Assembly (NCBI GenBank): GCA_011682385.1
Contig: JAACET010000002.1
Coordinates: forward strand, 1 to 49,536
DNA length: 49,536 bases
Direction of reading: 5' to 3'
From: Actinomycetota bacterium
Lineage (GTDB): Bacteria; Planctomycetota; Phycisphaerae; JAACET01
In this document: in pieces, positions 19,243-29,128 of the stretch
Layout: each line of letters starts with the position of its first letter
Numbering within the stretch: the stretch's first letter is position 1
Made by a program: the position numbers and the translations under genes
The notes under the pieces: model-generated
Databases searched by the model: none
The model's input: the letters and a program-made list of their open reading frames with translations, nothing else
What the model was told of the DNA's origin: nothing

Positions 19243-21654
19243 ATGAAGGTACCCGACAGAACAGTAAAGATATTGGCGGCAACAATAAGTGTGATGCTTT
19301 TAACACCGGGTTTTGCGCTGGGTGTTAACCTTATTAACAATGGCAGCTTCGAGCGAGGAGACTACGACAAGCTGCCGACTGGTTGGCAGCATATTTCCTG
19401 GATAGGAGGCAAGCGGTTCGAGGAAGGGAAGTTCGACGTCGGGCTCAGCCCGGACGTCAATGCCGGCTGCGGAAAGAAGTGCCTCAAGATCACTGGAAGC
19501 CAGATCAGCGAAAAAGGCAAGGAGATGTGCCGGGCGGGCGTGCAGAGCCGTTCGTTCACCTGGGCGCCAGACATGAAGTACAAGATAAGATTCTTCTACA
19601 AAACGGATGTCAAGAGGTTGCAGTATGGCTATGCACCGGCATACATAGCCGTCCGTGGCAATGTCGGTGCTGAATGGTCAGAGAAGTGGCTCAAGGATAC
19701 CAAAGGCACCTGGCAGATGATGACGGGCGTCTTTCATCACGTCGGGCCCAGAGAAAAGGGGTCTATTCAGTTGCGCGGCTACGCTGAAGGGGACGTATTA
19801 TTCGACGAGATTATCATTGAGCCGGCCGGAAAGGCCTTGGTCGTCGAGGTGGATGGAAAGAAATATGCGGTTGAAGAGCATGAGGAAAAACATCCGATGG
19901 CGCCACTATCGGATGAGGACCGGAACCGCGGTTATACCGTTTTCAAGAGAAGCGCCCCGGACGGCATATATCCTACCTCGTATCCCGCTCCTGGCGAGAA
20001 GGTCGAGAATATCAGAACGTTTGCCACACCGGGAGAATACGAGCCGGTTGATTTTGCTCTCTATCCGTTGAAGGACCTGAAGCAGGTTCGCGTTGAGGTA
20101 AGCGATCTGGTAGATGAGCAGGGCCAGGTTCTCAGTAAAGATTGTATCGACGTTCGTAGCGTCAAATGCTGGATACAGAAGGTAGCCAGGGGTTATAAGG
20201 TTGTCCCGGAACTGCTGGACAAGACGAACCCGCTTGATTTGAAAGCCAAAGTCCCGCAGCAGTATTGGCTGACGTTTCATGTGCCCTCGGACGCTCCGGC
20301 GGGCAAGTACAAAGGAAAAATAACTATCACTCCGGAGAATGGCCAGAGCAGCAAGATCATGCTGGGGCTGCGGGTACTGCCTTTCACTCTCGCTGAGACA
20401 CCCTATAACGTCGGCTCTTGGGCATGTATATCCGCTATGCCGGGCCCCTTACGTGAGAAAGGTCGTTATCCGTGGGAGGAAATCTCGGTTCGGTTCAAGG
20501 ACATGAAAGAGCATGGAATGAACTGCATGGTCTGGGATTACCTCGACGCCACATTTGATTATAGAATGATGGGAGTTCGCGGTTCAGGCAAACTCGATAT
20601 GGACTTTTCCACGGACAACAAGATTGTTGAAATGTACAAGCAAGCCGGCTTCCGTGGGCCAATTATCGTTGATTTCTCCAAGTTAGTAACCCATTTGGCC
20701 ATTTTTACCAACATGGATTTCCCCAGCTCTTATTACCGAGCCGGCAATAGAGGCTCTATGTGTCAGCCACCCGTGGACAAGACGCCGCCTGAATTCATAG
20801 AAGCCTACAAGGAAAGCATAAGACAGATTTACAGAAACGCCAAAGAGAACGACTGGCCCGAGCTTATCTGGCATATTAATGATGAGCCGGCCTATCAGGG
20901 AATGGAGGTCATAAAGACGGCTGCGGCGCAGTATAGGTGGGCGAAGGAAGCTGTGCCGGAGGTCAGAACATGGTGCGTCCTGAAGTCGAACGATGAAGAC
21001 ATAATAAGACTCTTTTCTCCTTATGTTGACATATTAACCAACTATATCAGTAGCGAAGAAGACTATCTCTTGACCAAGAAGCTGCTGGCCGAAGGCGTTT
21101 ACAAGGAAAGGTGGGGATACATAGGTCCCGGAAATGTGGAGACTAACGCTTACGAGAGTTGCAGATTGTCCTCGGGATTCAAGTTCAAGAGAACCGACAT
21201 GACGGGTATGTTCTTTTGGTGCTACGGCTTTATGGGACAACAAGACGGCAAGGGCGGGAATTTGGGCATAAAAAATGGCAAGTGGGATGAATATGTTGAT
21301 ATCCCAGGTAAACACATTGCCTTTAGCTACCGTTCGCCCAAGGATCCTCTTGAGGTCGTTCCCACGCTGGCCTGGGAAGGTGTACGTGAGGGAATAGACG
21401 ATGTGAAATACATTGTTACGCTTGAGGGCTTGATCGGGCAGGCCAAAGCCAGCGGCAGCAAGGAGGCAAGAGACGAGGCACTTGCTGCGGAACGTATGCT
21501 CAAGGATATGTTGGCAACCATTCCCTGGGGTGTGGCAGATATTGACTGGTGGACGGCTGCGCCCGTGGAACCTTTTTCTAACGAGCAGATGAGTAAATAC
21601 CGTTGGCAGGTCGCCCTGGAAATCATGAAGCTGACTGAACTTTTATGTAATTGA
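19243..21654 (+). CDS. Paralogue 4: secreted CBM-like jelly-roll plus GH123/DUF4091-like core
   Basis: RBS GGGAG precedes the start, and the signal peptide ends in ...TPGFALGVN. The core motif is WHINDEPAYQG. The termini are near-identical to copy 2 at the nucleotide level. Confidence 0.7.
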   Translation: MKVPDRTVKILAATISVMLLTPGFALGVNLINNGSFERGDYDKLPTGWQHISWIGGKRFEEGKFDVGLSPDVNAGCGKKCLKITGSQISEKGKEMCRAGVQSRSFTWAPDMKYKIRFFYKTDVKRLQYGYAPAYIAVRGNVGAEWSEKWLKDTKGTWQMMTGVFHHVGPREKGSIQLRGYAEGDVLFDEIIIEPAGKALVVEVDGKKYAVEEHEEKHPMAPLSDEDRNRGYTVFKRSAPDGIYPTSYPAPGEKVENIRTFATPGEYEPVDFALYPLKDLKQVRVEVSDLVDEQGQVLSKDCIDVRSVKCWIQKVARGYKVVPELLDKTNPLDLKAKVPQQYWLTFHVPSDAPAGKYKGKITITPENGQSSKIMLGLRVLPFTLAETPYNVGSWACISAMPGPLREKGRYPWEEISVRFKDMKEHGMNCMVWDYLDATFDYRMMGVRGSGKLDMDFSTDNKIVEMYKQAGFRGPIIVDFSKLVTHLAIFTNMDFPSSYYRAGNRGSMCQPPVDKTPPEFIEAYKESIRQIYRNAKENDWPELIWHINDEPAYQGMEVIKTAAAQYRWAKEAVPEVRTWCVLKSNDEDIIRLFSPYVDILTNYISSEEDYLLTKKLLAEGVYKERWGYIGPGNVETNAYESCRLSSGFKFKRTDMTGMFFWCYGFMGQQDGKGGNLGIKNGKWDEYVDIPGKHIAFSYRSPKDPLEVVPTLAWEGVREGIDDVKYIVTLEGLIGQAKASGSKEARDEALAAERMLKDMLATIPWGVADIDWWTAAPVEPFSNEQMSKYRWQVALEIMKLTELLCN

Positions 21655-21698
21655 AGAGTCTTGAATATTTTTCACCAGTAGAGTATTGAGAGCTGGCA

Positions 21699-22841
21699 AT
21701 GAGATCCAAAGAACGAGTCCTCCGAATCTTCAGGGGAGAATCCGTAGACAGGCTAGCATGTTTCGAGCAGACGATAGCCTGCTCCGTGGCTTCGGACATT
21801 CTTGGCAGGCCGGCGCTAACCAGCGGCAGCTCGCTGGAGTATCACGAGGCCCGCGCCTGGTGGGAAGGTGAGGAAGCTCACGATGCCTTCAAGCTTCAGG
21901 TCCTCAAAGACAATCTTGAACTTTCCGAAGAACTCGGGTTTGACATGGTGCGTCCCAGATTATCGGTTTTAGAATCTAAGCCGAGCTGCCGTATCAATGA
22001 ATATACTTTCGGTTTTGGCAATTCCCAGCACGGTACATTTTTCACCATGAGTTTTGATCCAAATACTCAAATTTGGGGAATGGTCAAAAAACCAGTGCAA
22101 TGCTCTAACCCATATTCTGTTGTCCATCGTATGCAAAGAATTCTTGAACATCTGACTGACGAAACTACTGATTCGAATTTTTCAGCCTTGGATTGGCTGG
22201 TGGGCAAAGTTGGTGATCAAAAAGCTGTTCTTTGCTCAACCGGTGAAATATCGATTCCTATCGACCAGGAATGGCTAATCGCTTGTGCTGACGATCCCGG
22301 AATTGTGGAACGCTACTTGGATTGCATTGTTGAGATATCTCTGCGTAAGTTGCCGTTCGTCAAGAAACACGGGGCCGACGTAATATGGGCGGGGGGGCTA
22401 ATTGGTGGCAGCGATGGGCCGGTGTACAGCCCCGAGATATTCAAACATCTTCTTTTGCCTCGCTTGAAGAGGATCGTTACGAAGTGTCACGAACTAGGGC
22501 TATTCTACGTGTATCGTACCGACGGCAATATATGGTCCATCGCTGAGAAACTCCTGGGCGAGTCAGGCATAGACGGCTATGGAGTGAGCGATATCGACGC
22601 GGGCATGGACATCGGCGACGTCAGAAAACGTTTCCCAAAGCTGGTATTGTGTGGCAACGTCAACAATAAGACTCTCCAGCTCGGAACCGTTGAACAGGTC
22701 AAGGCGGAAACCAGGGCCTGCGTAGACAAGGCACTTGGAGGCGGGCACATCTTTGGCTCGTCTAATTCCATTATTCACGGAACGCCCGCTGACAACGTCA
22801 TAGCCATGTTCGAAACCGCCAGGGAATACGGAAGGTATTAA
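21699..22841 (+). CDS. Uroporphyrinogen decarboxylase (URO-D)-like family protein, cytoplasmic
   Basis: N-terminal MRSKERVLRIFRGESVDRL is typical of the family. The C-terminal end is LCGNVNN...GTVEQVKAETRACVDKALGGGHIFGSSNSIIHGTPADNVIAMFETAREYG. No signal peptide. Confidence 0.7.
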   Translation: MRSKERVLRIFRGESVDRLACFEQTIACSVASDILGRPALTSGSSLEYHEARAWWEGEEAHDAFKLQVLKDNLELSEELGFDMVRPRLSVLESKPSCRINEYTFGFGNSQHGTFFTMSFDPNTQIWGMVKKPVQCSNPYSVVHRMQRILEHLTDETTDSNFSALDWLVGKVGDQKAVLCSTGEISIPIDQEWLIACADDPGIVERYLDCIVEISLRKLPFVKKHGADVIWAGGLIGGSDGPVYSPEIFKHLLLPRLKRIVTKCHELGLFYVYRTDGNIWSIAEKLLGESGIDGYGVSDIDAGMDIGDVRKRFPKLVLCGNVNNKTLQLGTVEQVKAETRACVDKALGGGHIFGSSNSIIHGTPADNVIAMFETAREYGRY

Positions 22842-22844
22842 GCA

Positions 22845-24257
22845 ATGAGCAAAAGCAGCACACGGACACTCTTTGTAGATGACGCTGACACCGAAAGCAT
22901 GCGCAATTTACATCGCATTATTCACCCGGCCAAGAAGTATGAGGGAAATCCCGTTGTGGCCGCCGAACAGAAATGGGAGGGCAAAGAGTTACTGCTCGGC
23001 GGCACGGTCCGGAAGGAAGGCGAGATTCACCGTATGTGGTACCAAAGCAATCTCAACGGAACCTACCTGGACCTATATGCAGAAAGCAATGACGGCATTG
23101 GCTGGACCAAACCGTGTCTTGGCAAATATGAAGATTTTGAGGGAAGCCTTGAGAACAACATTTACATGAGCCGGATGGCCTTTCGGTCAGACAAGCGATC
23201 GCCGGCTTCTGTCAAGCAAGACCATAATCAGAATGTCCTTTATACTCCGCATATGGGCCAGGGCAAAACGTACACAATGCTGTCGTATGATTATGGGCGG
23301 TCAGGCTATGGGCCTTACGATGGATATTACCTTGCCTTTTCAGATGACGGTGTGAATTGGACTGACGGTCCCACAGAGCCGGTGATTCCCGGCTATGCCG
23401 ATGTGGGATGGTTTATATTCGACGAAAAAGACCAAGTATTCCGGGGCATAGTAAAATCCTTCATAAATATCCGAGGATACTCTCGACGATCCCTACTCTG
23501 GACCCAGAGCGCGGATGGCTTCAACTGGACCCTCCCTCGCCCGGCCTTCATACCCGACCTGGAAGACGATCGCTGGGCTGAAGGTCGAGCTGGCTGCTTT
23601 ACGCAATACTATGGGATGCCAATCGAACGCTATGAATCGGTCATCCTCGGATTTCTTCAGGTTTTCAGGTGTACCAACGGACACACATCTTCCGATGGTA
23701 CAATCGACGTGCAACTCACTGCCAGCCGAGACGGCAAAAACTGGCAACGTGTGGGCGATCGTCGCACCATTGTGGAGCGAGGTGAATATGGCAGCTGGGA
23801 CTGGGGGCTTATTGAACCGGGCAACGCTCTGGTCGTGGATGGCGACCAAGTTAGAATATATTATACTGGTTACAATTCCCTCCACGGCCAATGGACTCCG
23901 GATCCGCAGGGCAAGAAGCTTGCTATCGGAATGGCAAGCTGGCCGAGGGATCGTTTCGTTGGTATGAGGGCTGGTTCGAACGGCGGGGAACTAGTAGTTC
24001 GTTCAAATAACATCGGCGATGAATTACATATCAATGCAAATGCTGCCAACGGTTCCTTGGCCGTCGAACTTGCAGACCAGACTGGCAGGCCGATCAAAGG
24101 TTTTGAAGCATCAGAATGTAAGCTGCTTTGTCGCGACGGACTTGACCACACTGTAGCTTGGCAAAGTAAACCATCGACAAAACCATTCAAAGGCAAGTGT
24201 ATACAAATCAAACTGAAGCTCACCTCGGCTGAAGTCTTCTCGCTGTGGTGGACATAA
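22845..24257 (+). CDS. Cytoplasmic beta-propeller glycoside-hydrolase-like protein (GH43/GH32/DUF377 clan-like)
   Basis: No signal peptide. LFVDDADTESMRNLHRIIHPAKKYEGNPVV...WEGK...RMWYQS...SNDGIGWTKP, plus repeated DG.NW blades (SDDGVNWTDG, SADGFNWT, SRDGKNWQR). It shares this architecture with 33248..34639. Confidence 0.45.
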   Translation: MSKSSTRTLFVDDADTESMRNLHRIIHPAKKYEGNPVVAAEQKWEGKELLLGGTVRKEGEIHRMWYQSNLNGTYLDLYAESNDGIGWTKPCLGKYEDFEGSLENNIYMSRMAFRSDKRSPASVKQDHNQNVLYTPHMGQGKTYTMLSYDYGRSGYGPYDGYYLAFSDDGVNWTDGPTEPVIPGYADVGWFIFDEKDQVFRGIVKSFINIRGYSRRSLLWTQSADGFNWTLPRPAFIPDLEDDRWAEGRAGCFTQYYGMPIERYESVILGFLQVFRCTNGHTSSDGTIDVQLTASRDGKNWQRVGDRRTIVERGEYGSWDWGLIEPGNALVVDGDQVRIYYTGYNSLHGQWTPDPQGKKLAIGMASWPRDRFVGMRAGSNGGELVVRSNNIGDELHINANAANGSLAVELADQTGRPIKGFEASECKLLCRDGLDHTVAWQSKPSTKPFKGKCIQIKLKLTSAEVFSLWWT

Positions 24258-24269
24258 AAGGAATTGAAT

Positions 24270-25178
24270 ATGGTCGCAGAAAAAAACAAGCTGGGTGTTG
24301 GCGTTATTGTACCAGTCATAACGCCACTTGCGAGTGATGGAGATATCGATCAGCAAGGCCTTGAACGTGTGATCAGTCATTGCATGGCTGCCGGCGTGCA
24401 CGGAATACTCATCTTGGGCAGTGCAGGCGAGGGCATCTGCTTCCGGTCGAGGCAAAGGCAGAGAATTATCAATGCAGCAAAGCGCGTAACGGAAAATCAT
24501 ATTCCCCTATATGTCGGCGTGTTTGATGCAAGTACGAGCTTGGTGAGGGAAAAAATCAAATCTGCCGAAGGAAACGGCGCTGATGCCGTCGTGGTAACGC
24601 CCCACTACTATCTTCGATCACGCAACCAAGATGAGATTGTGCGGCATATGGAAATATGTGCTGCTAACGCCACCGTGCCGGTGTTGGCGTACAATAATGA
24701 GGGAACAGTGCACGTGAACATCGCAGCCCAGACCTTCAAAAAGATAATGGCAATAGAGAACGTGATAGGGCTCAAGGAAAGCACTCAGGATTGGAAGCAG
24801 TTTGAGTCAGAGCTTGCACTGCGGGGAAACACTGGTTTCAAAGTTATTGCGGGAGGGCAGTCCATTCTTGGGATGGCCATGCTGGCTGGGGCTGACGGCT
24901 GCATGTCCGGGGTAGCCAATTACGCGCCGAACCTCGTTGTTGAGTTATACGATGCGGCAAGAAAACAAGACGCTAAAAAGGTTTTGATGCTCCAGAGCAA
25001 AGTTATGAGGCTTGACGAGGCGACCCATGCCGGCGACTTCTTTCTGGCTGGCATCAAGTACGCTTGCTCGCTGCTTGGGCTGTGCCACGACTATTTGTCC
25101 GAGCCCTTTGAACGCCTTACGAACCCTCAGAAGGAAGTTGTTAGGATCGCCTTGCAGCAAGAAGGACTGATCAAGTGA
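24270..25178 (+). CDS. DHDPS/N-acetylneuraminate-lyase family class I aldolase
   Basis: AAAGGAA RBS, then ATG 24270 (the listed start 24264 is a TTG). Motifs are VPVITPL...GILILGSAGEG, VVTPHYY and the Schiff-base lysine context VIGLKEST. Confidence 0.8.
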   Translation: MVAEKNKLGVGVIVPVITPLASDGDIDQQGLERVISHCMAAGVHGILILGSAGEGICFRSRQRQRIINAAKRVTENHIPLYVGVFDASTSLVREKIKSAEGNGADAVVVTPHYYLRSRNQDEIVRHMEICAANATVPVLAYNNEGTVHVNIAAQTFKKIMAIENVIGLKESTQDWKQFESELALRGNTGFKVIAGGQSILGMAMLAGADGCMSGVANYAPNLVVELYDAARKQDAKKVLMLQSKVMRLDEATHAGDFFLAGIKYACSLLGLCHDYLSEPFERLTNPQKEVVRIALQQEGLIK

Positions 25179-25208
25179 GAGACCTGCATTTGTGAGCATA
25201 GGAACATC

Positions 25209-27548
25209 ATGAAAAAGCGTCATTCTGAGAGACGTGTCATTGTGAGACGATATGACCTGGTTGTCGTCGGCGGCGGCCTGGCGGGTGTCTGCGCAGCCAT
25301 TGCTACCGCTCGGCTCGGAGTCAAAACTGCGCTGATTCAGGATCGTCCTGTCTTGGGTGGAAATTCCTCTAGCGAAATCCGCGTAAACGTGGGAGGTGCC
25401 AATGACTGCAACGGCTGGGCCCGCGAGACCGGTATAATTGAAGAGCTAATTCTGGAAGACCGCTGCCGCAACCATGATCGCGTCCAAAACGGCGCTATCA
25501 ACTCCGTATGGGATATGGTCCTGTACGACTGGGTTACCAGAGAGCAAAACCTAGACCTCTATCTAGACACCCACGTGTCCTCCGTGGAAAAGAAGGCAGA
25601 TAAGATTGAGGCAGTTACGGGATTACAAACCGGCAGCGAACGAAACATCAGATTCCAATCGCCGCTGTTTGTGGACGCAACCGGAGACGGCACTGTAGGA
25701 GCATTAGCTGGGGCTCAGTTTCGTCACGGCCGGGAAAGTCGTGCGGAGTTTGACGAATCGCTGGCGCCCAAGAAGGCTGATGGGCAAACGCAAGGCTCTA
25801 CTCTTCTGTTCCGTGCCAGAGACACAGGTAAGCCAGCCCCATTCACGCCGCCAGACTGGGCTGAAAAATACCCGACAGAGAAGTCATTCTGCGGCAGGAA
25901 TCACGAAAAATTCGGGCCCAAGGAATATGCAGGTTACTGGTGGATCGAGGTGGGTTCGCCCTTCCACACCATAGAGCAGAACGATGAGATCCGCCACGAA
26001 ATCCTGCGACACGTTCTTGGCGTGTGGGATCACATAAAGAATCATGGAGATCACGACGCGGAAAACTTGGCCATTGACTGGATCGGAATGGTTCCCGGCA
26101 AACGTGAAAGCCGTAGACTCGTCGGCGACTACATATTAACACAGAACGATCTGCTACAGAACACACCTTTTCCTGACCGTGTCGCCTACGGAGGCTGGTT
26201 TATCGATCTGCACACCATAGGCGGCATACTGGAGAAGTCACATCCTCCTCTGCCGAAGGATCGCCACCCCATGGTCAGCGACGATGTAATCGTGAGGACA
26301 TACAACATCCCCCTTAGGTCATTGTATTCCAAAAATGTTTCGAACTTGTTCTTGGCTGGGCGGGATATCTCGGTGAGCAGCTGCGCGTTCGGCTCAACCC
26401 GCCTCATGCTGACCTGTGCCACGACGGGGCAAGCTGTCGGAACCGCCGCATACGTCGCCAAAAGGCACCGCTGCTCTTGCCGTGAAGTGGCGAACAAGTA
26501 CATCAAGGAAGTTCAGCAGCTTCTAGTAAAGAATGACGCCCTCGTCCTGGATATGCCCAACTCTGACCCAAAGGATCTCGCAAGATCCGCCAAGGTCACG
26601 GCCAGTTCAACTGCCCGGCTGAGATTGGAAATGCCGTCTGCTAAGAAAGCATCCAAAAGCGATGAAACCATACCTCCGTGGATCGGTGATCGGCGTTCCG
26701 TCTCGACAGACAGAATGGTCCTGGACACACCCAAGGGCCAGATTTTCCCCGTCTCTGCAGATCGGCTGAAAACGCTCTCGCTGTATGTGATATCGGAGTT
26801 CCAGAAAGACACAGAACTGACTGTAGAGCTTGCCAGTGTCAAGGACATATGGAGCTTCGTGGTCCCAACACGCACAAACAGCGTTCGGGCCAAGGCCACT
26901 ATACCAGCCTTCCATAGAGGCTGGGTGAAGTTCGACTTCAACATGAACATCGAGCCTGGCCTTTTCCAGTTATGCTTGCCTCGCAAAAAGGGACTGAGCG
27001 TGGCGTGCGCAGAGTCGTCCGTCCCCGGTGTATGCGCCGCGTGGAAACAGTCCAAGTGGACGCGATGGGACGGAGGATTGAAGGTAACCATCGCAATGCG
27101 ACTTGATCCGGTTTGTTATCCCTTCGAAGCAAACAACGTTATTAGCGGAACCGCCCGACCTGAACGCTGGACAAATCTGTGGATGAGCGACCCACAGAAA
27201 AACTTGCCCCAGTCGCTGACACTGCAATGGGGTGAGCCGAAAGAATTCGACACGGCGTATATAACCTTTGACACCTTCCTTCACTACGATCCGACTTATC
27301 TGCCTCCGTTCTGGAAGGCGAAGGAGTGCGTGAAGAATTACCGTCTGGAGGCAAGGGTAAATAAGAAATGGAAGCCTTTGGCCACAGTGAAAGATAACTA
27401 TCAGCGGCGCCGGGTGCATCGCTTCGCCAATGTTCGGGCGGATCGGCTCCGCCTGACCATATCAGCTACTAATGGCGATCCCTCCGCCCGAATTTACGAA
27501 ATGCGGGTTTACTGCGAGAAACGGATAACTATAAAGGACGGCTGCTAG
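25209..27548 (+). CDS. FAD-dependent oxidoreductase with C-terminal discoidin/galactose-binding-like domain
   Basis: Rossmann motif YDLVVVGGGLAGVCAAIATARLGVKTALIQDRPVLGGN. The C-terminus ...RADRLRLTISATNGDPSARIYEMRVY is typical of F5/8 type C domains. No signal peptide. Confidence 0.75.
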   Translation: MKKRHSERRVIVRRYDLVVVGGGLAGVCAAIATARLGVKTALIQDRPVLGGNSSSEIRVNVGGANDCNGWARETGIIEELILEDRCRNHDRVQNGAINSVWDMVLYDWVTREQNLDLYLDTHVSSVEKKADKIEAVTGLQTGSERNIRFQSPLFVDATGDGTVGALAGAQFRHGRESRAEFDESLAPKKADGQTQGSTLLFRARDTGKPAPFTPPDWAEKYPTEKSFCGRNHEKFGPKEYAGYWWIEVGSPFHTIEQNDEIRHEILRHVLGVWDHIKNHGDHDAENLAIDWIGMVPGKRESRRLVGDYILTQNDLLQNTPFPDRVAYGGWFIDLHTIGGILEKSHPPLPKDRHPMVSDDVIVRTYNIPLRSLYSKNVSNLFLAGRDISVSSCAFGSTRLMLTCATTGQAVGTAAYVAKRHRCSCREVANKYIKEVQQLLVKNDALVLDMPNSDPKDLARSAKVTASSTARLRLEMPSAKKASKSDETIPPWIGDRRSVSTDRMVLDTPKGQIFPVSADRLKTLSLYVISEFQKDTELTVELASVKDIWSFVVPTRTNSVRAKATIPAFHRGWVKFDFNMNIEPGLFQLCLPRKKGLSVACAESSVPGVCAAWKQSKWTRWDGGLKVTIAMRLDPVCYPFEANNVISGTARPERWTNLWMSDPQKNLPQSLTLQWGEPKEFDTAYITFDTFLHYDPTYLPPFWKAKECVKNYRLEARVNKKWKPLATVKDNYQRRRVHRFANVRADRLRLTISATNGDPSARIYEMRVYCEKRITIKDGC

Positions 27549-27587
27549 CGCGGCATAAAAACAGACGCCTAGCAATGAGGACTCTTA

Positions 27588-29117
27588 GTGCATAGAATAA
27601 CCAACCTTCCAGATGTTCGCATAGCTTTAGTTGGGGTCAGCCGTGATTGCTTCCCGACCGAATTAACTCGTTCACGCCTAGGGCAGCTTGCCAAGGAATG
27701 TCGAAAGAAGGGCCTGACGGTCGTCGTCGCTAAGAATATTATCGAGAATGAAAGTGATACAGTTTCTGTTCTCGGCGAATTGCGAGACAGAAGTGTAAAT
27801 GCAGCCGTCGTTTATCTGGGCAACTTTGGGCCAGAGGGACCGTTATCGGTATTTGCGAAGGAGTTTGATGGTCCGGTCATGGCTTGTGCAGCTGCTGAGG
27901 AAACCAGGGACTCACTTCTTAATAACCGTGGTGATGCTCTTTGTGGTTTGTTGAATGCTTCATATAACTTTGGTTTGCGTAACTCTCGTGTCTATATTCC
28001 GTCGATGCCTGTTGGTCAGGCAAATCATCTCGCTGAGTGCATAGCTAACTATGAAGCGGTGTCACGTATTGTACTTGGTATATCTGGACTGAAGATCATT
28101 TCATTCGGACCCAGACCGCATGATTTCTATGCCTGTAATGCACCAATTGGTCCATTGTATGACTTGGGTATAGAGGTCATGGAGAACTCTGAACTTGATC
28201 TGTTACAAATGTATCAGCGCCTAGATTGTGAAGATCCGGAAGTTAAGCGCATCGAGCTTGAAATGAAAAATGAGCTGGGCGGGGCCAATCCTTATCCCGA
28301 ACTTCTGCCAAAGCTTGCCAAGTTCGAATACAGCCTTCTGTGCTTTGCCGAAGAGAATCTGGGTTCTCGCGATTTTGCTGTTTTTGCTAATAAATGTTGG
28401 CCTGCATTTCAAAAAGCATTTGGGTTTATGCCTTGTTATGTTAATAGTCGGCTTGCCACTCAAGGGATGCCCGTTGCCTGCGAGGTGGACATTTATGGGG
28501 CGTTGAGTGAATATTTGTGCTGCTTAGCCACAAAGCTGCCCTCTACCTTACTGGATATCAATAATACTGTTCCTTCGGATCTAATTCCCGCCAACATAAA
28601 CCTGAAGGGAGCTGGGCAGGAAGATCTTTTCATGGGCTATCATTGTGGTAATACTCCTTCCTGCTGCATGAAGAATTTCAAGTTGACGTACCAGCAATGT
28701 CTTCATGGTTTGATTGAGGATCCCCACAGCGAACCAGACATCACTCGTGGCACACTAGAGGGACAACTATCACCGGGGCCGATAACGTTGTTTCGTGTTC
28801 AAGGGGACACTCAAGGCAACCTAGCAGCTTATGTCGCTCAAGGCGATATTCTTGATATAGACCCATGTAGCTATGGTAGTATTGGCGTAGTCTCTGTAGC
28901 GGACTTTGGCAGATTCTACCGCCATGTGTTAATCGCTAGGCACTTCCCCCATCATACCGCTGTTGGTTTTAAGCACTGCGGCGACACTCTTTTCGACGCG
29001 ATACGCTTAATAGGTATTGACAACATCATGACCCCTTTGCCTGTCAGGACAAGATATCCAGGAGAAAATCCGTTTGATCAGAACTGTTCTAATATCACGA
29101 AGAAACATCAAGAATAG
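27588..29117 (+). CDS. L-fucose/L-arabinose isomerase family-like protein
   Basis: 509 aa with a GTG start. The N-terminal VRIALVGVSRDCFP...VVYLGNFGPEG and the central GYHCGNTP resemble FucI-like isomerases. The assignment is from memory of the family pattern only. Confidence 0.5.
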   Translation: MHRITNLPDVRIALVGVSRDCFPTELTRSRLGQLAKECRKKGLTVVVAKNIIENESDTVSVLGELRDRSVNAAVVYLGNFGPEGPLSVFAKEFDGPVMACAAAEETRDSLLNNRGDALCGLLNASYNFGLRNSRVYIPSMPVGQANHLAECIANYEAVSRIVLGISGLKIISFGPRPHDFYACNAPIGPLYDLGIEVMENSELDLLQMYQRLDCEDPEVKRIELEMKNELGGANPYPELLPKLAKFEYSLLCFAEENLGSRDFAVFANKCWPAFQKAFGFMPCYVNSRLATQGMPVACEVDIYGALSEYLCCLATKLPSTLLDINNTVPSDLIPANINLKGAGQEDLFMGYHCGNTPSCCMKNFKLTYQQCLHGLIEDPHSEPDITRGTLEGQLSPGPITLFRVQGDTQGNLAAYVAQGDILDIDPCSYGSIGVVSVADFGRFYRHVLIARHFPHHTAVGFKHCGDTLFDAIRLIGIDNIMTPLPVRTRYPGENPFDQNCSNITKKHQE

Positions 29118-29128
29118 AGGTTCTTAGC

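Noticed and set aside
26513-27091. 192-aa minus-strand ORF and neighbouring antisense ORFs in 25843-27419
   Set aside because: They lie inside the FAD oxidoreductase/discoidin gene, with no independent signals.
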